Assembly (NCBI GenBank): GCA_038874595.1
Contig: JAVZCB010000005.1
Span: 17,594 to 81,593 of the forward strand
DNA length: 64,000 nucleotides
Source: Candidatus Micrarchaeia archaeon
GTDB lineage: Archaea; Micrarchaeota; Micrarchaeia; CAILAH01
Direction of reading: 5' to 3'
This document shows, piece after piece, positions 38,932-49,285 of the stretch. Both the position numbers and the translations under genes were made by a program. The notes below the pieces were generated by a model. It was not told the DNA's origin and ran no database searches. It worked only from the letters and a program-made list of their open reading frames with translations. The first letter of the stretch is position 1; the number at the start of each line of letters is the position of its first letter.

Positions 38932-40395
38932 TCAGTGCTTTGCCTTCTCCAGCAATTTTATGGTCTCAAGCACCACTGAAATCCCTGAACCTGTACAGCC
39001 AAGGTCTACTGGAGGGATTGGCTTGTTTCTGTATGCTGTGCCTGCAATATCCAAATGTATCCATTTCGCTTTTGATATAAAACTGGAGAGGAATGCAGCG
39101 GCGGTTATTGCACCAGCCTCACCGGTGTTTGTAACATTTGCAATGTCTGCAAACTTACCTTTGTTCATCTCTGAGTACTCCTCCCATAAAGGCATCTGCC
39201 ATATTTCATCAAAACTTTCTGAGCTTGCCTTTTTCATCAAGCTGGCAAATTCATCATCGTTTGAAAACATGCCTATGGCATAGGAACCCAATGCAACAAC
39301 ACATGCACCTGTAAGCGTCGCAAGGTCTATCATGTAATCTGGCTTATACTTATCCTCTGCATATGCCAAAGTATCAGCCAGCACAAGCCTGCCCTCTGCA
39401 TCCGTGTTGAGTATCTCTATCGTCTTGCCATTGTATGCTCTTACGATATCACCGGGCTTTGCGGCACACCCTCCGGGCATATTCTCCGTACAGGGCATTA
39501 AGCCTATCACATTGATTTTTGGTTTCATCTCAGCCACGGCCTTCATTATACCTAGCACTGCACACGCACCGCTCTTATCAAATTTCATATCCTCCATACC
39601 TTTGCTTGGCTTAAGTGAGATGCCCCCGCTGTCAAATGTAAGGCCTTTACCTGCAATAACAACAGTTTTCTTTGCACCTGGGCACGTGTATTCCAGGATT
39701 GAAAGTGTCGGCTCCCTTCCACTTCCGCTCGCAACTGCAAGAAACGCATTCATCCCCATTTTCTGCATATCTTTCCTTGAAATAAGCTTGTACTTAAGTC
39801 CTGTGCGTGATGCGAGCTTTTTTGCTTCCGCTGCCATAAGCTGCGGTGTAGCGACGTTTGCCGGCTTGTTTGCAATGTCGCGCGCAAAATTTATTGACTC
39901 TGCAATTTTTCTCGCTTCATTTGCGGCTGCAACAAACTCCTTTTCTACATAAAGGAAAATGTGGTTAGGCGTAACACCATCTTCATCTTTATTGCTCCCA
40001 CCCTTCTCCCCTGTCTTGAATTCTTCGTATTTATGCACATTTACAAAAAGGGCATATGTGAGGTTCTTCAAGTGCAACTGCTCAAGGCCGCGCCCATCAA
40101 TCACCAGTGAAGGCGTACGAAGCGCCTTCGCAAGCCCAATCACGGCGCTTGGAATCCTGCGCGCATGCCTCGGCTTGAATTTTTCTTTCTCACCTAACCC
40201 AACAAAAATTATTCCATCTATGAAAGCGATTTCACCCACCTTTGCTAAAAATTTGTTCTCTGATAGCTTTTTTGCGTAATTACCATACCCCGTAGATATA
40301 GGTTCCGCTACACCCTTCCCACTAAAACATAACACTGCGTGCACTGGTCCCGATAAGTCTTTTTCAATAATCTCAACCTTAGGCTCCTTTACCAT
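38932..40395 (-). CDS. pepA: Leucyl aminopeptidase (M17 family)
   Basis: NTDAEGRLVLAD signature and M17 metal-binding residues. Confidence 0.85.
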   Translation of the reverse strand: MVKEPKVEIIEKDLSGPVHAVLCFSGKGVAEPISTGYGNYAKKLSENKFLAKVGEIAFIDGIIFVGLGEKEKFKPRHARRIPSAVIGLAKALRTPSLVIDGRGLEQLHLKNLTYALFVNVHKYEEFKTGEKGGSNKDEDGVTPNHIFLYVEKEFVAAANEARKIAESINFARDIANKPANVATPQLMAAEAKKLASRTGLKYKLISRKDMQKMGMNAFLAVASGSGREPTLSILEYTCPGAKKTVVIAGKGLTFDSGGISLKPSKGMEDMKFDKSGACAVLGIMKAVAEMKPKINVIGLMPCTENMPGGCAAKPGDIVRAYNGKTIEILNTDAEGRLVLADTLAYAEDKYKPDYMIDLATLTGACVVALGSYAIGMFSNDDEFASLMKKASSESFDEIWQMPLWEEYSEMNKGKFADIANVTNTGEAGAITAAAFLSSFISKAKWIHLDIAGTAYRNKPIPPVDLGCTGSGISVVLETIKLLEKAKH

Positions 40396-42482
40396 AGATA
40401 CACCTTTTTCTTCCTACTATTTATGTAAACTAATATAAAAGAAAATGCTACAAGCACACCTAAAACGGCACAAGCCTTTGCCACGTCCCCGCCAGGTATA
40501 CCATCTACATAAAACTTCTCTTCATGTTCCCGCTCTATACCTGCCTTATCAATCCAGACCACCGAAAGAACATGCTCGCCCGTTTCAAGTAAGGTGCCTT
40601 TATCATCTTTGACTTCCACCCCATCAACATAAACTGCATATGCGATGTAAGGTCCATATACAGCGAACTTGTACTCGCGGCCATCACTGCTCTCTTTTGC
40701 AACTGTGAGCACCGGCTCAAAAACTTCGTATGCCCCTTCGTATGTATACGTTTCAGTATAAAAGTTAGCCACCAATTTTAGCTTGTGGCTGCCTGGTGAT
40801 AAAGGTATGTTGTAATCGAGCACATAAGAAGGAGCTGAAGAATTGTCATAAAATACCTCTTTGCCATCTATATAAACTCTTATATTATATGTGGTGTTAC
40901 CAGTCACTTGAAAGGTTGCTGTAAACCTTCCAGTGCCATCAGAAGGGATTGATGTTGTTAATGATAAGTTATCTACTTTATAAATGGTGTTTGAATAAGC
41001 GGGAGTGCTGGTGGGCAACCGTATCACCTGGACGTGCACGCCATCATATACAAGGATAGAGTTTGTAAGCCCATCACTCAAATCAACTGTAACTTGTTTG
41101 GCTAACTGCGGAGATGCGTATACTTCATCTATACCCCTGTCCTTAACCACAGTAAGATTTTTTGGTGTTATCGAAACAAGCTTAAGTTCAGCTTTACGCT
41201 GGTCATATTTTGATAATATCGCGCTAAACTTCTTTGCCGTCTTTTGGCCGCTGCTAATGCTCAAAGGGATCTTATCAGAGCCAAAACTGTGGGATATCCA
41301 TACCGGGCAGTAATACTGGTAATTGTTTGAGAGCACCTGCGAAACCTTAAATGGAATAATCACATAATTCTTGCCTGGATGCACCAGCAAATTAATTGAA
41401 GAGTCATCAAACCTAATAATTTCAGCTTCGCTTTCACATGGCACTGCCTGGGCGCTAAAAAGCTGGTACTGCACGCTATCAATTTCAATAATGATTGCTC
41501 CATCATCCCCTGGGGCAAGCTGTGCTGGAAGTGTGTAAACTCGATAAGACGGTGTGAACTTGGTATAATTCAGGACAACGATGTCTTCGGTACTTCCACC
41601 AAGAGCGCCTCTACCTTCCCAGACCATATTCCCATATTCTGAGTGTGACATTGCGCGTGCCCTTTCAATCAGCTCTGCACTTGTATCATTGCTGAAATAC
41701 ATAGGTATATGTGTTGCATCTATATACCCCACCTCAAGCCATGTTGGGTCAACACCAACCCATTCACCTATATAAACTTCGGCCCATGAATGTAGCTGCC
41801 AACCATACTTTGGTGAATAAACATAACCCAATACAGAACGGGAAGGGTATCCTAGTGAACGGGCGAGAGCAATAAAAAGATTGGTAAATTCAACACATAC
41901 CCCTCGCGGGTTGGACATAACATCGCTTGAATTTCTGTTCTTTCCCATCTCATTTATATCATAAGAAACATAGCTGTTGACCCAAACTGCGAGCGCTGCT
42001 ATCTTATCTATGTCCTCCTTGTAGCCAGCAGTCACGGCGCGTGCTTGTTTGTGTATTTCAGGTGTGATTATTATGTGCTCTGTCCCAGCAAGATACTCCG
42101 CCCCTGCTTCTTTTGCAGAATAGCTGGTTGGAAGAGAGTGTACATACCTGCTAACAGAGCTAATATTTGCAGAGATAGAATATGAATAGCTCCTGAAACT
42201 TTTGTCGTAATATATCCGTACTACCTGATTTCCACCTTCTTTTGTTATTTTTGCCTCAGGCGGGATTGAAAGTGCCACGTGCTGATAACCAGTATCTTGC
42301 GGGACAGCTAGGTTGATGCTTAATCCATAAAGCTCCCCAGCAGTTGAGGATATCCTACCCTCACGAGAGAGCTGCGCAGTAAGCGAAGAGATTAGGGTGG
42401 GGTTGATATTTTCAAACTGTGCATTTGCAAGCTGGAATAAGAGCAATATGTACAACATTGCAAATGACACACTTCTTCTCAT
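40389..42482 (-). CDS. Secreted transglutaminase-like domain protein with C-terminal TM anchor
   Basis: Signal peptide; transglutaminase-like Cys-His-Asp core (GVCVEF, QLHSWAEVY, VGVDP); C-terminal TM plus KKK tail. Confidence 0.7.
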   Translation of the reverse strand: MRRSVSFAMLYILLLFQLANAQFENINPTLISSLTAQLSREGRISSTAGELYGLSINLAVPQDTGYQHVALSIPPEAKITKEGGNQVVRIYYDKSFRSYSYSISANISSVSRYVHSLPTSYSAKEAGAEYLAGTEHIIITPEIHKQARAVTAGYKEDIDKIAALAVWVNSYVSYDINEMGKNRNSSDVMSNPRGVCVEFTNLFIALARSLGYPSRSVLGYVYSPKYGWQLHSWAEVYIGEWVGVDPTWLEVGYIDATHIPMYFSNDTSAELIERARAMSHSEYGNMVWEGRGALGGSTEDIVVLNYTKFTPSYRVYTLPAQLAPGDDGAIIIEIDSVQYQLFSAQAVPCESEAEIIRFDDSSINLLVHPGKNYVIIPFKVSQVLSNNYQYYCPVWISHSFGSDKIPLSISSGQKTAKKFSAILSKYDQRKAELKLVSITPKNLTVVKDRGIDEVYASPQLAKQVTVDLSDGLTNSILVYDGVHVQVIRLPTSTPAYSNTIYKVDNLSLTTSIPSDGTGRFTATFQVTGNTTYNIRVYIDGKEVFYDNSSAPSYVLDYNIPLSPGSHKLKLVANFYTETYTYEGAYEVFEPVLTVAKESSDGREYKFAVYGPYIAYAVYVDGVEVKDDKGTLLETGEHVLSVVWIDKAGIEREHEEKFYVDGIPGGDVAKACAVLGVLVAFSFILVYINSRKKKVYLW

Positions 42483-42982
42483 ATGCGCACCCTTATGCGA
42501 TTGTTAATCTTGGTATTCTTATAGGCCCGCACTCTTAGCGACCTGCCCTTAGCTTTCAGAAAGCCAAGCGCATCATTAAGTATATTGTTATGGTCAAAAG
42601 CCAGCCTACTCTTGAGCGCTTCGTGTACCGGAAGCCACACGGCACATTGGGCATCGCTTCCCGGATGGAGGCGCACTTTTCTGGTCGTACAGTAAAATGC
42701 TACGCTTACTGTTCGGCGCGGGTCCCTTCTCGGAGAGGAATACACGCCTATGATACACTTTGGTATGACGCGGATGCCTGTCTCCTCATAAACCTCACGG
42801 ATAACACAATGCTCCATTGTTTCACTTTCTGATAAGTAGCCCCCTGGCAATGCAAACCAGCCCTTAAAAGGGGCAGCTTTCCTGCGTACCAAAAGCACCC
42901 TTTCACGATTAATAACAACACCGTCCGCTGCGATAGGCCTGTATACACGTGCATCCCTGATATTGCGATGGGTTGGGCTCAC
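42479..42982 (-). CDS. NUDIX hydrolase
   Basis: Nudix box GGYLSESETMEHCVIREVYEETGI. Confidence 0.75.
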   Translation of the reverse strand: MSPTHRNIRDARVYRPIAADGVVINRERVLLVRRKAAPFKGWFALPGGYLSESETMEHCVIREVYEETGIRVIPKCIIGVYSSPRRDPRRTVSVAFYCTTRKVRLHPGSDAQCAVWLPVHEALKSRLAFDHNNILNDALGFLKAKGRSLRVRAYKNTKINNRIRVRI

Positions 42983-44158
42983 CTAATCACTCTCGCTTTT
43001 TGTTGTTGCACCGAGCAGTTTCAGTTCATCATCCTCAAACCCAAAAAAATCAAGCGGCTTGCCCTCTTTCGCCATTATCTTTATCAAAGGCACATACTGC
43101 TCTGCATCCGTAAGGCTGCAATGGCATTTCTCAGCAATCTTCCTGCGGATTGACTTGCGCAGTGCGCGCTTCTCTGAGCTGATGCTCATTGAACGGAGGA
43201 ACTGCGGGAACTCGTACTTTGAAAACTTGTGATACTTATGCTCCTTAGACATTGCAACGCCTGCAAGCACAAGCGCATATGAGTATTTCTGGAGTTTCCA
43301 TACCTGCCTGTTAATCACCCTGCCATCAAACACATCGGCACGTGATAGGAAATTGTACGCGAGCGCAATCTCCTCTGGCTTCTCATATTCCACTGAAATG
43401 TTATTCTCAATCCATAATTTCATCAAGCCGTAATCCACTGTCGTGCCATCAAAAGAGCGCATTGCATCCTGGTAAGTCTCTGCCTTAAATAAGCTCTTCA
43501 CGCATTCAAATATGAGCCTATCACGGTCGCGTATTGATGATGGAGAATACGCGTGCAGGTCAATTATTGCAGAGCGCAAGTCGCCTCCAGAGCCGTCTGC
43601 TATCCTGTCAAGGATGTCGTCAGATACCGTAATGTCCTCCTCTTTTGCAATACGGGCGATTACTGAGCGCACAGTCCTTTTGTTGATATGCTTCATCTCA
43701 AGGAACTTGCACGCAGTACGTAATGGATATAACTTTTTGTCCCACGCATCGTTTGCTGTCAGGATAACTGGCTGTTTTGCGGCCTCAAGCACAGATGCTA
43801 TTGCCGATGCACCGCCACGGTCTGCCGTGCCCTGCAGTCCGTCTACCTCATCTATCAGGATAAGCTTGCGACGCGAGAACAGGCCTGCTGATGACGTTGC
43901 TGCACCCATTATGCGCTCAACGTTTTCCCTGTTGCGGGTATCCGAAGCGTTAAACTCAAGGATTTCCCAGCCCATCTCCGATGCAAGCGCATATGCGAGC
44001 GCTGTTTTCCCAACACCGGATGGGCCATAAACCAGAAGTGGCTTCTGCCTTTTGCCGCTTTCAATAAGCAATGCCCATTTCTTCACTTCCTCAACTACAT
44101 CACTGTTACCTGCAAACTCGGCAAGAGATTTTGGGGCGTGCTTCTGGTAAAGGTGCAT
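42983..44158 (-). CDS. rfcL: Replication factor C large subunit
   Basis: Walker A GPSGVGKT and archaeal RfcL domain order. Confidence 0.8.
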   Translation of the reverse strand: MHLYQKHAPKSLAEFAGNSDVVEEVKKWALLIESGKRQKPLLVYGPSGVGKTALAYALASEMGWEILEFNASDTRNRENVERIMGAATSSAGLFSRRKLILIDEVDGLQGTADRGGASAIASVLEAAKQPVILTANDAWDKKLYPLRTACKFLEMKHINKRTVRSVIARIAKEEDITVSDDILDRIADGSGGDLRSAIIDLHAYSPSSIRDRDRLIFECVKSLFKAETYQDAMRSFDGTTVDYGLMKLWIENNISVEYEKPEEIALAYNFLSRADVFDGRVINRQVWKLQKYSYALVLAGVAMSKEHKYHKFSKYEFPQFLRSMSISSEKRALRKSIRRKIAEKCHCSLTDAEQYVPLIKIMAKEGKPLDFFGFEDDELKLLGATTKSESD

Positions 44159-44261
44159 AAATTATATTAGGTATGGAATATTTTAATTATAGCAATAAAG
44201 CCGAAAAAGGCGGAAATGGCTTATTGCCGTTGCACGACCAACTCTGGAAATTGCCTCTCTA

Positions 44262-46808
44262 TCATTTGCTGCTTGGGGACCAGTACTTTTTTGTACGTAT
44301 AAACTGCTCGCGGGCATGCAGCAAATCAAGCGCCAGTGAACGCTCATCCTTATGCATTCTGGAAAGTATGCGTGCGGCTGTTTCAGTGCCTACACCGTAG
44401 GTTGATAGCGCAAGCAAGGCACGCTTACCATATGATATATAAAGAGATGAGCGCCGCATCAGCTCATCTTTTGGGAGTACCCTGCGCTCATTTTCTGGTG
44501 AAGGTGCCAGCAAAACGCTTGAGCACTTTGGGCATTTCTTTGGAAGGGAAGACACGTGGCCATAAAATACATTATTACAATGCGCACATACAAACTTGAA
44601 CGTTGTAGGCATCTTATCAAGAAGCACCATTGCAGCACTTTCAGGTATCTCAGGAAACAACACCTGTGAGCCTGACATATAATCTAGCACTTCCAATGCA
44701 AGCGCATCAAGCTTCCGGAGCACCTCAAACTCAAACCCTCCCTTCGCAGAAAGGAAATTCTCAATAAAAGCCTGGGCAGTGCCACAGTCACAATACCTGT
44801 ACATAAAGTAATCGTGCGCTTCCCTGTATGCAAGCGAAGCTGCCAGCTTTGAAATGTAATGTGGAGGGTATCGGCCGTGCTTTTCAGACAGGCCATAGTA
44901 ATATGCCTCCTGAGAGAAAAGATATGAGAACGTTGTGTTCTTATGAAGTGTTGCGGAGATCTCGTTATATACGTTTGTACCGGAAGCTATTTGAGCAAGC
45001 GAGTCTTTTGATACTGGATACGGGAGCCGTATGAAGACTGCGTATGGGGATGATTTTGCAACTGCTGCTGCACCAAAGTATGCTGTGAGCCTGCCTGCAA
45101 GCGCAAGTGCAAGCGCATTGTTTGCGGTGCTTCCAAGAAATGTATATATTATGAGCATATCAGCGAATGCACAAACCTTTGGCTTGGGGCCTACCCCTAT
45201 CCTGGCCCTAACATCAGATGTTATCTCCCTCTTAACAGGTATCTGCTCGCCTTCCCAGTCAGGTATTGCCAACACGTATGAAGGCGAATGCGCAACCTCA
45301 ACAGACTCTTCCCCAATGCTTAAAACACGCCACGGTGTACCGCGGGTTATAAACACGTCACCTTCGTTAAGGGAAAGCACAAACCTTTCATCGAGGTATC
45401 CTATGACATGGCCGTTGAAACTCATCTTATACTTGATGCTTGAAGGGATTGTGCTGAGCCGTGTAAAGTAAAACGCGCGCGTGTGTAGCGTTTTCCTTGC
45501 CATCCTCCCATCATAAAAAATAATGCCGTTCCTATGGAGTTCTGAAAGTAATATCCTGAAATCATCAAAAGTTATCGTGGAATAAATGGGTGTGGCCGAA
45601 ACGAGCTTGTCATATAGCTGAGTGTCCTCAGCATGCCTGCACATAAGAAGCTCTCCTGCAACTGCATGGCCAAGCACACCTAAAGAAGGGTAGATGATGT
45701 CCTCATCTTCAAGATGATGGGATTTTGCGCGATCGCTTATTACCTCTGCTTCATTGAAGTCAAACTCGTTATGTGTAATTATTATCCCGCGCGGGGTTCC
45801 TGTAATCGCGTGCCCGCTCCTGCCGATGCGCTGCAATGCCTTCCTAACCTGCTTTGGTGAGCCAATATGGATTACAAGGTTAACATCACCTATATCTATG
45901 CCCAACTCAAGCGAGGAGGTACAAACCAGGCCTCGCACCCTGTTCTGCTTGAAATCATCCTCTATTTTCTCGCGTTCCTCCTTGGAGAGCGAGCCGTGGT
46001 GGACACCTATGCTCGCTCCTTTTGAGATCAGGTGGGAGCCTATGAGCTCCGCCATATATCGAGTATTCGTAAAAATTAATGTCTTGCATTCTTCCAAATT
46101 ATCGTTTATGACGCGGCACATAAAATCCAGGCGGGCATCTTCTGTTTTTCCTGTAGCCCGGATTACTTGTATCTCTAGGTTATTTGATGGTGTCTCCTGA
46201 ACAAGCAACCAATTATCACGAAATACAAACCTTGCAGCAGAATCGGGGCTCTTAAGTGTTGCACTTATTGCAACAGTCTGAAAGGATGCGATTGAACGCA
46301 AACGTGTAAACGCAAGCGCGAGCTGTGCACCGCGCTTGCTGCCTATGAGCTCATGCAGTTCATCTACTATCACATACCGCAGGTTGCGCAAGTATGTGCG
46401 GAATGATTCCGTGCAGAGCATTGCCTGCAGTGTTTCAGGAGTAGTGATGAATATATGTGAAGGGTGCCGTGACTGGAACGAGCGCTCTTTCTGTGGTGTA
46501 TCACCGTGCCTTACAGACACACGAAAGCCGAGCTCACGCGACCAGCTGCGCACACGCTCAACCATATCCCTGTTAAGTGAGCGGAGCGGCGTAATGTAAA
46601 GCAATGTTATCGGGCTTGGCGCATCTGGAAACTTGCTCATATTATCCAGAAAAGGGAGTAATGCTGCCTCTGTCTTACCGGAACCTGTCGGTGCGATAAT
46701 AAGCGTATCTTTTCCAGAGGCAATGACTGGGATTGCCTTTCTCTGGATAGGTGTGTATGAACCAAACCTGCCCCTGAACAGTATATCAAGCTTTGGTGAA
46801 AGCATCAA
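44262..46808 (-). CDS. lhr: Lhr-like superfamily 2 helicase
   Basis: Motif I APTGSGKT, DExH helicase core, large C-terminal extension. Confidence 0.8.
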   Translation of the reverse strand: MMLSPKLDILFRGRFGSYTPIQRKAIPVIASGKDTLIIAPTGSGKTEAALLPFLDNMSKFPDAPSPITLLYITPLRSLNRDMVERVRSWSRELGFRVSVRHGDTPQKERSFQSRHPSHIFITTPETLQAMLCTESFRTYLRNLRYVIVDELHELIGSKRGAQLALAFTRLRSIASFQTVAISATLKSPDSAARFVFRDNWLLVQETPSNNLEIQVIRATGKTEDARLDFMCRVINDNLEECKTLIFTNTRYMAELIGSHLISKGASIGVHHGSLSKEEREKIEDDFKQNRVRGLVCTSSLELGIDIGDVNLVIHIGSPKQVRKALQRIGRSGHAITGTPRGIIITHNEFDFNEAEVISDRAKSHHLEDEDIIYPSLGVLGHAVAGELLMCRHAEDTQLYDKLVSATPIYSTITFDDFRILLSELHRNGIIFYDGRMARKTLHTRAFYFTRLSTIPSSIKYKMSFNGHVIGYLDERFVLSLNEGDVFITRGTPWRVLSIGEESVEVAHSPSYVLAIPDWEGEQIPVKREITSDVRARIGVGPKPKVCAFADMLIIYTFLGSTANNALALALAGRLTAYFGAAAVAKSSPYAVFIRLPYPVSKDSLAQIASGTNVYNEISATLHKNTTFSYLFSQEAYYYGLSEKHGRYPPHYISKLAASLAYREAHDYFMYRYCDCGTAQAFIENFLSAKGGFEFEVLRKLDALALEVLDYMSGSQVLFPEIPESAAMVLLDKMPTTFKFVCAHCNNVFYGHVSSLPKKCPKCSSVLLAPSPENERRVLPKDELMRRSSLYISYGKRALLALSTYGVGTETAARILSRMHKDERSLALDLLHAREQFIRTKKYWSPSSK

Positions 46809-46934
46809 TATTTTGAGGGTTTGCTGCTTAAAACGCTTTTCGGTTGTATGGGAATACTATCTTTGTCTCTGTGCCTTTAAAAAACGATTACTTAAAATAC
46901 ATTTCCATACCTATAATAGGCAATTGGTGGTTTA

Positions 46935-47954
46935 ATGCAAGATAAGCAATTTGAGCTGGGCGGTCAAACGCTCATCGCACTTGCGATTGCGCTTTTAGTT
47001 GGGCTAGGAGTAGGGTATTATATGTACGCCGCGCTTAACCCGCCAGCGCAAAGTAATGCAAACGCTATGTGCAATCTTGGCGCTGTCTCTGGGGAATATA
47101 AGCCGGACATGGCAAAAATAGATGAAATCAGCAAGTTGTTCCAGGATATAATCTACCTGCAGACGGGAAGTGAGCACAATGTAAACTATGTCAGCTATAA
47201 GGTAGATGGGGACCTTGTTGCCCTGGATTTCACTGTTGACGGCACATTCCCACAGACACTATACGCAACAAAAGACTTGAAGTATCTCCTTCAGCAGCCG
47301 ACAGATGTAAGCGTTCTGAAAGCGCAGGTTGATTCCGCAAAAAGGCAGGCCGAGGCCGAGCTTGAGGCCGCAAAACAGCCGCCACAGAAGAGTGATAAGC
47401 CTGTTGTGAAGCTGTTCGTGATGAGCTTCTGCCCGTACGGTAATGTCGCAGAGAACGCCTTTGTTGATGTGGTTACCCTGCTTGAAAACAAGATTGATTT
47501 TGAGCCGGTTTACATCATTTCAGGCTCAAACGGGGCGTATAACTCGCTTCACGGCCAGGCGGAGCTGAACCAAGATATAAGGGAGAAGATTATTTTTGAG
47601 ATGTACGGTGCCAAGAAATGGATGGAGTTCACGTATGATGTGAACCAGAACTGCACACTCCAGAACGTTGACTCCTGCTGGAAAGACGTCGCAGCGAGGC
47701 ATAATGTTGATGCAAAGGCTGTTGAAGAGGAGTACACAAAGAGCTTCAACAGAATTGCTGACGAAGAAGTTGCAAAAACCAACCAGTACGCTGTCACCGG
47801 CTCGCCAACAATTATCGTAAACGGCAAGATGTACAATGGGCCAAGAAGTTCTGAGGCGTTCAAGCAGTTTATATGCTCTGCATTCAGCACCGCACCCGAG
47901 GAATGCAGCAAAACGCTTTCAACACAGCAGGGCGTATCAACAGGCAGCTGCTGA
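46935..47954 (+). CDS. Membrane-anchored thioredoxin-fold (DsbA-like) protein, monothiol variant
   Basis: N-terminal TM anchor; FCPYG in place of CxxC; DsbA-like C-terminal GSPTIIVNGK. Confidence 0.45.
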   Translation: MQDKQFELGGQTLIALAIALLVGLGVGYYMYAALNPPAQSNANAMCNLGAVSGEYKPDMAKIDEISKLFQDIIYLQTGSEHNVNYVSYKVDGDLVALDFTVDGTFPQTLYATKDLKYLLQQPTDVSVLKAQVDSAKRQAEAELEAAKQPPQKSDKPVVKLFVMSFCPYGNVAENAFVDVVTLLENKIDFEPVYIISGSNGAYNSLHGQAELNQDIREKIIFEMYGAKKWMEFTYDVNQNCTLQNVDSCWKDVAARHNVDAKAVEEEYTKSFNRIADEEVAKTNQYAVTGSPTIIVNGKMYNGPRSSEAFKQFICSAFSTAPEECSKTLSTQQGVSTGSC

Positions 47955-48020
47955 TTTTTTTATTTATTTTCCTTTAATTTTTAGCAGGGTTTTTAATGGT
48001 TGGGTGGCCTAATTTTTGCA

Positions 48021-49265
48021 ATGAGGTTTTACCTTGAGACGTATGGGTGCACGCTGAACCAGCACGATTCCGCTTTGATGAGAGAGCTACTCCTGAAAAA
48101 TGGGATGGAAGAAAGCGATGAAGAAAGTGCGGATGTTGTAATAATCAATACCTGCGGGGTAAAGGATGCAACGGAAAAGAGGATCATTGAAAGGCTGAAG
48201 GGTATAGGAAAACCGCTCGTTGTTGGGGGATGCATTGCAGCTGCGGATGAGCGGTTGGTCAGGAGGTTTGCGCCACGTGCCACTATTATAGGAACGCGAA
48301 GCATACAAAAAATATGTGATGCCGTTAATGATGCAATGCGCTGGGGATGCGGTAGGTACTGCGAGCCTGGGGATAAGTTTGCACTCACATATACGTTTGG
48401 CGCGCCCATTGCAAGCATTGCCGTTTCTGATGGGTGCACAAGCGCGTGCACATATTGCTTTACAAAGCTTGCAAGGCCGGGGCTGAGGAGCATGCGGCCG
48501 GGAGAAATAGTTAGGAGGATTAGGCTTGCGGGAGAAGCCGGCGTGAAGGAGCTGCGCCTAACATCGCAGGATATGGGCGCATACGGCCTGGATATTGGCA
48601 CTTCGCTCACACGATTGCTCAAGCAGATTGCCGAGATTGATAATCTTAATCTCAAAATACGTATTGGAATGATTAACCCAAAGCACCTGAAAGAGCAGAT
48701 GGAAATCATTGATATAATAATGGAAAATAGCTGCTTCTACAAGTTCTTCCATGTGCCTGCACAGAGCGGGTCGGATAATGTGCTTAAGCTTATGAGAAGG
48801 GAAAACACTGTTGATGAATACCTTGAAATAATAAGAGAAATACGGAGGGACAGGTTTGCAAATGTGATGAATGATATTATTGTAGGGTTCCCTGGCGAAA
48901 GTGATGAGGATTTTGAAATGAGCATTGAGCTGGCAAAAAAGGTGCAGGCGGATACAACAAACGTGTCAAAATTCAGTGCACGGCCAGGTACTGAGGCCTC
49001 ACGGATGAAACAAATAGATAGAAGGAAAATAAAAAATAGAAGCAGTATAATGAGCACGCTTTGTGACCTGATATCACTTGAGAGAAACAGGGTATGGGTC
49101 GGGAAAGAGTGTGATGTGGTATTGCTTGAGAAAATAAAAGGGACTGTTGGAAGGAATAGCTATTACAAGCAGGTTGTTACGGAAGGTAAAATTGGAGATA
49201 CTATAAGGTGTAGGATTACATCCGCTGGCGCTGCTTACATTAAAGGGGAGGCAATAAACAAATAA
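48021..49265 (+). CDS. MiaB-like radical SAM methylthiotransferase (MtaB/CDKAL1-type)
   Basis: MTTase N-domain YLETYGC, radical SAM CTSACTYC, C-terminal TRAM; track start 48000 is TTG, first ATG at 48021. Confidence 0.8.
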   Translation: MRFYLETYGCTLNQHDSALMRELLLKNGMEESDEESADVVIINTCGVKDATEKRIIERLKGIGKPLVVGGCIAAADERLVRRFAPRATIIGTRSIQKICDAVNDAMRWGCGRYCEPGDKFALTYTFGAPIASIAVSDGCTSACTYCFTKLARPGLRSMRPGEIVRRIRLAGEAGVKELRLTSQDMGAYGLDIGTSLTRLLKQIAEIDNLNLKIRIGMINPKHLKEQMEIIDIIMENSCFYKFFHVPAQSGSDNVLKLMRRENTVDEYLEIIREIRRDRFANVMNDIIVGFPGESDEDFEMSIELAKKVQADTTNVSKFSARPGTEASRMKQIDRRKIKNRSSIMSTLCDLISLERNRVWVGKECDVVLLEKIKGTVGRNSYYKQVVTEGKIGDTIRCRITSAGAAYIKGEAINK

Positions 49266-49285
49266 GAAAATAGGATAAGCCAACA

